DNA of 64,000 nucleotides, taken from NCBI RefSeq assembly GCF_023055435.1, contig NW_025964353.1, positions 806,001-870,000 of the forward strand, given 5' to 3'. A program made the translations under genes and the position numbers. The stretch comes from Haliotis rufescens (Eukaryota). The notes under the pieces were generated by a model. It searched no databases, was not told the DNA's origin, and worked only from the letters and a program-made list of their open reading frames with translations. Each line of letters starts with the position of its first letter. Within the stretch, counting starts at the first letter, position 1. This document shows, one piece after another, positions 10,938-19,737 of this stretch.

Positions 10938-12222
10938 CTGACTGACTGATATAGGAGATTTAACGTGCGCTTTCCGACTGTAGCGTATTTCGCACACGGG
11001 CCTGGCCGGACCATTTAGTGTATTCCGAAAAGGGTGAAAGTGGTGTGTGCAACCCAAGAGGGGGCTTTTAGGGTTTGCTTATATTGAATTTTTGGAATTT
11101 TTAAATTTGGAATAAATGCCGAGGTGGGTGGAGGAGGGAACTAAGGGAGCCGGGTGAGGTGGGTGTTTGTATGTTTATTGGATTTTGGATTGGTAGATTA
11201 ATGAGTTTTTAGATGCGCTTAATTAGATCTGTTTTGATTAGGAATACGCCTAGGGCCTTGAAGTTTTCTAGTTTATTTTGAGGGTTTAGTATTTCATCTA
11301 GAGTAGGAACCTTATTTAGATTGAGGGTAGTTTGTAGTGTGGTTCTGTGTGTTTGGTAGTGGGTGCAGTGGATGAGTGCGTGTTCTGTGGTTTCGGGTTG
11401 TTTGCAGTGTGGGCAGTTGCCTGTGGTGTGCCTTTTAAGTTTTTTTAGGTGGTTATTTAGGTTCGTGTGTCCTGTTTGGAGTTTTGTAATTAATCTGTCA
11501 ATTTTTTTAGAGGGGTGTAGGATTTTAGGTTTGGCTAGTGGTTTTCTAAGCACTTTTTTTATTTGGCTATTTGAGTTTTGATATTGATTATGCCATTTTC
11601 TGGTTATTTTTTTGTTTGTTTACACTTTTAATTTCTGATTTTGAGATGGGTAGGTTTAGGCTTATTTCTGGTATTTTGAGAGATAATTTAGCTGCTTTAT
11701 CGGCGCTTTAGTTGCCGTAAATTCCTACGTGGGCGGGGATCCACAAGAAGGTTATTTGTTTGCCTGCTTTTGTTAGGTCGTTGGAGCTTTTAAGTATTTG
11801 CTTTATTAATTTAGGCCGTTTTTTTGTATTTTTGTTTTGGAGGGCTTGTAGTCCACTAAGGGAGTCGGTGAGAATTAGGATTTTATTGTTGTTTTTAGAT
11901 TGTTGGTTATGCAGGGCTGAGGCCATACCCATAAGTTCGGCCGTGAATATAGATTGGTTGTTAGAGAGTCGTTAAGATTGTGTGGATATAACTGGTTGTG
12001 TGGTATGGACTCCGAAGCCTGTGTGGTTGGAGATCGGGTCTCAAGATCCGTCAGTGTAAATGTGACACCAATTTGGCCAATTTTCGTGTATGTATGCAAG
12101 TGTGGTGGTTTTAGCTATGTTTGGGTCGGTTTGTTTATTTATTTGGTTAGCTAGCGTTGTGTCTATTTTGGGTATTTCGAGTTTAGGGGTGAAGATATTT
12201 GATTTTTTGCAGTTTTGTTTAA
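10938..12222 (-). mobile_element. I-group LINE 3' fragment B (RNase H, CCHC knuckle, 3' UTR, (TCAG)n tail)
   Basis: RNase H motifs HIYTDGS, ILILTDSLSGLQAL and FLWIPAHVGIYGN; C-terminal CPHCKQPETTEHALIHC. Frameshifted. Tail reads ctgactgactga on the + strand. Confidence 0.85.
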
Positions 12223-14160
12223 GAATGAGAGATATAGTACATAATATATATAGTAGGTGGAGGATTAACAGTAATAACAATTGCATACATGAGTGGGATA
12301 ACATTGGTAGGTGTTGACATCAAGGGGATGATGCTGTCACAGCACGCGGACAGAGAACACATAGGTGGAAGCCAATAGGGACATGAAGCCAATAAACAGG
12401 ATAAGTGATTATTGCTTGATGAGTTCATAGTAGGCGATGGGATGAAATAGCCTTGATCTCTGTTGATTGATGGCTTGTGGCGGCGAATGTGGACAGCTTC
12501 AGTTAGTTTTCTTTTAGTGAAATCATGCAGGTTGTTGGCGAGGATTTGGACGTTGTCCCAGTTGATGTTGTGATTGGGACAGTTGCTGATATGGTCCGAG
12601 ATGGCTGATGTGCTGTCGGATTTAATGGTGCAGGTTTTGTGCTCTTTCATTCTGGTGTTGATTGGACGGAATGTTTCACTTACGTAAGATTGTCCACAGT
12701 TGCAGTCAATTGTGTAAACTACACCTTTAGGCTCTTGGGGTTTGGTTGTGTTACTGCCGTTGGCTCTTAGCAGGGTGTTGAGGGAGTTGGAGCTGGTGAA
12801 GTGGGTGATGATGTTGGCTTGCTGTTTGAGGAGGCGGCTGATGATGTGGGAGGCTTTTCCTATGAACGGGAGGGCGATGCGGAAGGGCGCTGATTCGGGT
12901 TTAAGGGTCGCAGGTCTGGGTGTGGGATAGAGTACAGAGGCGATGACTTTGTCGACGAGATTGGGTGGATAATTGTTGAGGTCGGTGAAGACTTGGCGGA
13001 CGTGTTCGATCTCAGGTTTGGGGTCAGCAGTAGAAAGGTTGATGGCTCGTTTGGTGAGGGTGGAGTTGATGCCAGTCTTGGTTCTAAGAGGGTGGTTGGA
13101 GTTGAAGTGGATATACTGGTCGGTGTGGGTGGGCTTCCGGTAGACACTGGTTTGGATTCTGTTTGTTGGGCTTCTGGAGACGAGGACATCTAGGAAGGGT
13201 AGTCGGTTGTCCTTTTCTATTTCGATGGTGAACTGTACTCAGGGGTGTTGTTGGTTAAGATGTTGTAGTGGCAGGGTTGGGTTTTGGTCTTGTTTAAGGA
13301 AGACAAAGGTGTCGTCAACCAGCAAATAGGTTGGAACGGGTGATGTGGTGAGGGCTTGTTGTTCGAAGTAGGTCATGTAGATTTCAGTAAGTATAGGAGA
13401 CAGTGGGGATCCCATGGGTAGGCCGTGTATCTCTTGATGGTACTCGTCGCCCCTGGCGAAGTAGGTAGAGGAGATACAGGCGGTGGTGAGGGCGATGATA
13501 GATTCGGTGGTTAAGCTAGTTTCAAGAGGAGTTTCAGTGATGCGACGGAGGAGAACTTGCAGAGTGTCATCTATGGGTACGTTGGTGAAGAAGTCTACTA
13601 CGTCGTAACTGATGATTTGATCTGGATCGGTGGTGTTCTTGAGTTTGGAGCAGAAGTCCGTGGAGTCCGAGATGAAGGAGTCGGCTATTATCCCACTCAT
13701 GTATGCAATTGTTGTTACTGTTAATCCTCTACTGCTAATCCTCCACCTACTATAATATTACATATATCTTTACCTATATCCCTCATTCAGTCTTGCTAGA
13801 CAACGGTATAAGGATCTATACCGAAACGTCGCTTTTCACAGTATTAAAGAAGTTGTCATCCATAAAATTGTGTCTAGCTTGATATTCGATGCCGTTTGGA
13901 TGATAAGGGTCCACTGTCCAGGATGATGATGATCATGAGTTAATCGAGGGATGTTTTAAGGATACTAATGTTGATGTAAACTATATATATGAACAAAATG
14001 TTCTGTGAGGCGCTACAGGGATACATTGTAGGGTAGAATATTTCCAAGATAGATCGAACAATTAACCAGTGAAGGACATATTATTGAGACATTTTATCAA
14101 TACAAGTTTATTAGTATAAATAATAATAATAGCACTGATACATTTTATGCTTGGTGGACG

Positions 14161-15421
14161 TCACCGACAGCCACATTCAGAGGCGATCATGTCCTCGTGA
14201 TGACGTACAACGACTTCGCCATTCTACACAACAAGGGGAGGGAGCGATGTTGGAACGCTTGCTTCTCATGAGTGACTGCAACATGGCGTGGTTGGTGGGT
14301 TTGTGGCGGACGTCGATCGGGGAGGGACAGTTTCCGTGACAGAATTTGGAGTTGAAGCGTGTAGGGTGGATGATCCACTGTCCCCAGCCGATTGTGTTGA
14401 AGTCCACGTCAAAATCGTACAGACGACAGCCTTGTTTCTTTCCTGCCTTATTCCATCTTCTGTTCTTGCGTCGACGACGTCTGATTATGTCAGGTGCAGA
14501 TCTCTTACCACGCGATGCGCTATTCTTCAATCCATCGTATGTAGACTGCTCTTTAAACAAAACGTTTTGAAGAAAGTCCTGATTTTCCAAATACAAAACA
14601 AGTAAGTTTTCATAGACTTCGGATGTTGTTTTCGAAAGAAGTCGGAAGAAAGTCCGCGGCATTTCCACATGAATGGTGACGTCACCGTGGTAACCGTTGA
14701 CCCAGGCAGTGATGGCTCGACTGATGTCAAAAACAAAATCTTCACGGTGTGTAGTAGGTTGGACTCTGATGGTAACTTTTCTTGCGATCTTCTTTCCCTT
14801 GAAAATGCTGACCTTGACCTTGTACTTCTTTAGAAGGGAGAGAGCGCGTGGGCACCGGAACTCAGCTAATCGGAGACTCTCGTCCTTAGGCAGACTAGGT
14901 ATCTTGAACGAAAGGCCAAATCTGCTGCTTTCATTGATTTTACTCATGTCTGGAACAGGAAAACAGTATCATATGAACGAGCAAATAAAAAGTGAAGCAT
15001 TTTCCCAAAATAGATTCTTGTTTGGAATCAGAAAGACATTTTCCGGGTTTGTATTGCACATCTACACATCAGTCAGTCTGGTGTTAAGCTTACCTTTAGC
15101 TGCGAAGCTCCTGATAGTGTCGACTTTCATAAAATCAGCTGTTTTGAGCTTTCTGCCTGCTGCTGTTGCAAGTGGTGCCCCCTTTTGAAGAATATTAAAC
15201 AATCGCAGCATGAATTTGGTTGAATCCTTTTGATAATCAACTGTATGACTCAGCTTGCTGACAAAAGGGGATATGTCTGCAACATGTTTTCCCTCATTCC
15301 GGTAAGTGTGGGGTTTGACTTGAAACTCCTGGTTTAGCCATTGTTTGGGTGAAGCTAAGCGACGTGCTCCAACATTGGCGAGATATGTCAGAAATAAAAT
15401 GGCGATTTTACACTGCGACAT
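14161..15421 (-). pseudogene. nodal: Nodal type A copy 1, frameshifted; exon 1 15421-15094, exon 2 from 14949
   Basis: Exon 2 is 789 nt to the homologous stop versus 827 nt in intact copies. A 38-nt deletion between 14225 and 14226 turns CCVPTKL...ECGCR into CCVEWRSRCTSSRGHDRL* (stop at 14177), losing the terminal CxC. Confidence 0.88.
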
Positions 15422-15990
15422 TTTCTGATAGCTGGATTGATGTTTTGGTTTGTCAGTGTAGGATGCAGCAATGCAAGTGATGATGTGATAGCTTCAGTGT
15501 GGCGTTTTATACCAGACCCTACTACTTGTGTAAACAAGACAAGTGGTAACATAATGGTCGGGTGTTGGCGAGGTGTCCATATTCCTTCAGGCAAAGATTA
15601 TAATCTGTCGTAAGGACATGTCGCGTGCATCAGATCTAGTTGTAGCTTCTTCATGTAAAATAACACCTTCTGGTTACATCACTACATCATACCTTTAATG
15701 CAAGGTTTAGAGGAAAATAACCTAATATTTTGTGAAATGAACAATTAAACACACATTAGCCATACATATTCTGATACCTCGGATGCTTTAAATTAGTAAT
15801 TAATTTTGCTAATTATTCGTGAAATGTCTACTTTAAAAGGTAATCTTATGACAGTGGAGAGACTTCTTGGATTTTGTATGTTTTCAATTTGTTTGATTTT
15901 ACTGTTCAAATATGTACTTATACGCTGTTTCTCATAGATATAAAATATATTCAATATTCATAGATAAACAAGGATTTCGATATCCATTCA

Positions 15991-16110
15991 CCAGACAGGG
16001 GCGATCATCCCCAATCCACAGTAACAAGCCCGTCTCCCTGTCTCATCTGACTGTCGAACAATCACTGTCTGATCCTGTCTTCAGGATCACTCTCATTGCG
16101 CTAATCTAAG
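15991..16110. promoter_or_regulatory. Conserved upstream block rich in Smad-binding GTCT/AGAC motifs, with FoxH1-type AATCCACA at 16013-16020; repeated in each unit
   Basis: ccagac...ccgtctccctgtctcatctgactgtcgaacaatcactgtctgatcctgtct is almost identical in type B spacers (58385-58500, 62502-62620) although the flanks are diverged. Confidence 0.6.
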
Positions 16111-16401
16111 CTTATTACTGTTGTCATTAGTTTAAGAAAACAACTCGTCAGGTTCAAGAGTAACCCATTACACGCCACAGTGAATGTTCATGGAACGGAT
16201 TACACCTTTGTTTCTTTAGATTGCAGAGATTTTACTTCACTCCTATCCTTTTCGCAAACATTTACGCAGTATGTAAGATCAATATAAGCATAGAAAGTAT
16301 CACTACCTACATATCATTTCTACTTTTCCCTAACAGGAATATTTCCAAGATTGGTATCTACACGTTGGTATCGTCTGTAATATAACTACATTGTGTTTGT
16401 T

Positions 16402-16466
16402 AAAGTAGACACAATGTATGGATAACAACTTCTTGGAAAGGCGACGTTTCGGTATACATACTTATA
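16402..16466 (-). mobile_element. Short Penelope pseudo-LTR fragment carried in every type A spacer
   Basis: aagtagacacaatgtatggataacaacttctt..ggaaaggcgacgtttcggtatacatacttata aligns with 10164-10237; it is absent at the homologous site near 53045. Confidence 0.7.
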
Positions 16467-17514
16467 TTTATGTTATGTGTGTTACCTTCACTCCAAGTCC
16501 ATTTACGTTGGAATCTAATGATTCACTTCAAGATATCAGAACACATCTTCTCTTAAGGAAACTGTACATGGCATATGACGATCACATATAGAATATTGTT
16601 TTTGTCTGTTCCAAACACACACACTTTCTTGCGTTTTAAATGACGAGGGAAGTGTATGGGTACATGTCATGAAACGAGATTGTCTATCATCAAAACAATA
16701 CAAAGATCAATTATTTTAAATCCTTTTCAGCTGAGTGTCTATCAATATCCCGACATGTGTTATTGCGGCAATGTTTATGACGAAGTCGCCATGCATGTCA
16801 GACACCACAGTCAGCATATGCAGAAGTGTCAGACAGTTAGCATGTCTCCTGTGTTATCATCATTGCTATTTGGCCACTTGTTGTTGAATCAATATGGTGA
16901 AAGTGAATCAAAAGACATAATTAACTTCTTGATCTGTGAAGAATGAACAATTTGTACATCTCTGGATATAACCAAAGTCGTTATTTTCTGATTGGCTCTA
17001 TTAGAATTCCAAAGTGGATTCCAATTTTCAGCTACTCGTTATGCTGAGAGTAACTGAACTATCTCAATAAACAAACTTTATATAATTTGTTAAAATCACT
17101 GCTCCTTGAAAATAAAATATGTTCAATGTAATAACATATCTGTTCCAAACCATTTGCTGAATAGCAGTAAAATCATATTGCGTTGTCTATTTTCCGTTGC
17201 AGTATGCTCTTTAAAACAACAGGAATGGAAGACACTCATTTGAATGAAGAACTATTGTTTTCAGCGAAATTATGTGTAAGCATGAGAATATTTTCTCCAT
17301 AAATTATCTTTAAACTAATTCCTAAATGATGTATCTTTTAATTTCTACTATTGATAGTGAAGTAGGTTGATACATTTACGAAAAGGTTATTATTAGATTT
17401 AACTCTACACACTGTATCAGAAACACTCCATTAATTCGTTCTGCTGTTCAACATAAAGGCAACGTTAGACGCCGAAAAACAACCATCATTACTTGTAACA
17501 AGCCTGTCTTCCAG

Positions 17515-17596
17515 TGAGTGAGTGAGTGAGTGAGTATTGTTTTACGCCGCTTTTAGCAATATTCCAGCAATATAACGGCGGGGGACACCAGAAATG
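17515..17596 (-). mobile_element. 5'-truncated SINE with 11-bp target-site duplication, present in spacers 1-8 of the type A array
   Basis: (tgag)n-tattgttttacgccgc...ggacaccagaaatg flanked by ctgtcttccag (17504-17514) and c(c/t)gtcttccag (17597-17607); empty site at 53966-53976. Confidence 0.85.
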
Positions 17597-17889
17597 CCGT
17601 CTTCCAGACTCGTCTAACTAGAATACTCATAGTCTAACCCTGTTAATGATTAAACTGCTAAACTTTTCCACCAATAATCCTATCCAATCGATGTCCTTGT
17701 TGGTGAAATGAAAACAGTTCATCACACTATTCTGTCAGAGATTGAAGACATTTTTATTGGTATTTACAGAACTGACTTTGAGGCCCTTCGCGATCTGCAT
17801 GGGTAGACTCAGTCGCTTGTAGTTGCAAGCAAATATATTAAAGTGACAGTACAGCTATTTGAGAGTGTTCATAGAAATATCGAAGTTGG

Positions 17890-18051
17890 ATGTAAACATG
17901 ACAGGGAATATTATTAGGTTCAACAACTTCTTTATTATTCAAATACATGTACAACGTTCCATGGCTACTTCTTGTACCTTCACCTGATGAAGTTGTGTAT
18001 GTGCAATAAAGAAGTTGTTATCCATAATAATACTCCTTGTCACGAGTACAT
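17890..18051. repeat. Imperfect inverted-repeat element with ~47-bp arms in each type A spacer
   Basis: atgtaaacatgacagggaatattattaggttcaacaacttctttatt pairs with aataaagaagttgttatccataataatactccttgtcacgagtacat; the arms resemble the Penelope pseudo-LTR end (taaagaagttgtcatccataa). Confidence 0.65.
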
Positions 18052-18438
18052 GTTTTTGAAAAAAAACAACAACAATAATTTATATTTAGGAACTAAAATG
18101 CTGTCACAAGTACGCGTTCAACTAATTTACCGATTGTGAGGTGCATTCAAATGTTGCAGGAATATTTCTTTTACAATCGTTTATGATGGAGTAAGCCACA
18201 TAGACTGAAGGGTTTATCTTCACATTGTGAGTGCAAAATGTTCTTTGTAGCACTAGAGGTACACATTGTACAGTGTATTATCAGAACATGTCCAAGACAG
18301 ATCGAACAATTAACCAGTGAAAGACAAAGCATCAAGACATTTTATCAATACAAGTTTATTAGTATAAATAATAATAGCACTGATACGGTTATCACATGGC
18401 ATTCTCAAACCTCTCAAACGTTTTATGCTTGGTGGACG

Positions 18439-19737
18439 TCACCGACAGCCACATTCAGAGGCGATCATGTCTTCGTGATGACGTACAACGACTTCGCCAT
18501 CCTCCACGTACATCATACTGAGAGGTTCCAGTTTGGTAAGGACACAACAAGGGGAGGGAGCGACGTTGGAACGCTTGCTTCTCATGAGTGACTGCAACAT
18601 GGCGTGGTTGGTGGGTTTGTGGCGGACGTCGATCGGGGAGGGACAGTTTCCGTGACAGAATTTGGAGTTGAAGCGTGTAGGGTGGATGATCCACTGTCCC
18701 CAGCCGATTGTGTTGAAGTCCACGTCAAAATCGTACAGACGACAGCCTTGTTTCTTTCCTGCCTTATTCCATCTTCTGTTCTTGCGTCGACGACGTCTGA
18801 TTATGTCAGGTGCAGATCTCTTACCACGCGATGCGCTATTCATCAATCCATCGTATGTAGACTGCTCTTTAAACAAAACGTTTTGAAGAAAGTCCTGATT
18901 TTCCAAATACAAAACAAGTAAGTTTTCATAGACTTCGGATGTTGTTTTCGAAAGAAGTCGGAAGAAAGTCCGCGGCATTTCCACATGAATGGTGACGTCA
19001 CCGTGGTAACCGTTGACCCAGGCAGTGATGGCTCGACTGATGTCAAAAACAAAATCTTCACGGTGTGTAGTAGGTTGGACTCTGATGGTAACTTTTCTTG
19101 CGATCTTCTTTCCCTTGAAAATGCTGACCTTGACCTTGTACTTCTTTAGAAGGGAGAGAGCGCGTGGGCACCGGAACTCAGCTAATCGGAGACTCTCGTC
19201 CTTAGGCAGACTAGGTATCTTGAACGAAAGGCCAACTCTGCTGCTTTCATTGATTTTACTCATGTCTGAAATAAGAAACAGGATCATATTAAAAAGTAAA
19301 TAAAAAGGTGAAGCATTTTTCCAAAATAGATTCTTGTTTGGAATCAGAAAGATATTTTCCGGGTTTGTATTGCACATCTACACACCAGTCAGTCTGGTGT
19401 TAAGCTTACCTTTAGCTGCGAAGCTCCTGATAGTGTCGACTTTCATAAAATCAGCTGTTTTGAGCTTTCTGCCTGCTGCTGTTGCAAGTGGTGCCCCCTT
19501 TTGAAGAATATTAAACAATCGCAGCATGAATTTGGTTGAATCCTTTTGATAATCAACTGTATGACTCAGCTTGCTGACAAAAGGGGATATGTCTGCAACA
19601 TGTTTTCCCTCATTCCGGTAAGTGTGGGGTTTGACTTGAAACTCCTGGTTTAGCCATTGTTTGGGTGAAGCTAAGCGACGTGCTCCAACATTGGCGAGAT
19701 ATGTCAGAAATAAAATGGCGATTTTACACTGCGACAT
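18439..19737 (-). CDS. nodal: Nodal type A copy 2, 384 aa; exons 19737-19410 and 19265-18439
   Basis: Signal peptide, 144-nt GT-AG phase-1 intron, RGKR site, intact seven-Cys domain; private change CCVP to CCVL. Confidence 0.88.

Larger units (their letters stand above)
10163..13881 (-). mobile_element. Decayed, 5'-truncated Penelope-like retroelement bounded by inverted pseudo-LTR copies and interrupted by two LINE fragments
   Basis: RT motifs YDVVDFFTNVP, GLPMGSPLSPILTEIYM and VDDTF (13239-13686); thumb region FTIEIE..LPFLDVLV..VYRKPTHTDQY (~13000-13235); GIY-YIG GVVYTIDCNCGQSYVSET..TRMKEH (~12400-12730). 10163-10264 plus 12223-12300 is the reverse complement of 13688-13881. Stops and frameshifts are present. 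Confidence 0.88.

Noticed and set aside
16656-16946. Repeated 96-aa (MGTCHETR...) and 65-aa (MYLYAVSH...) spacer ORFs
   Set aside because: They recur only because the unit is duplicated; they have no recognisable motif and are disrupted in the relic and type B homologues.
18238-19303. Antisense and alternative-frame ORFs over nodal exon 2 (117, 105, 96, 79, 74 and 72 aa)
   Set aside because: Shadows of the GC-richer coding exon; starts and lengths are not conserved across subfamilies.
19266-19377. 312-aa ORFs starting MCNTNPENIF (and type B 313-aa ORFs starting MNGSQT) as single-exon genes
   Set aside because: Their N-termini are intron sequence. Canonical GT-AG splicing joins the signal-peptide exon in frame, and the extension is not conserved (frameshifted in copy 9).
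19378-19737. 119-aa ORFs (MSQCKIAI...) and 155-aa type B ORFs as separate small genes
   Set aside because: They are nodal exon 1 read through the donor into an intronic stop; the type B version also includes promoter and 5' UTR sequence.
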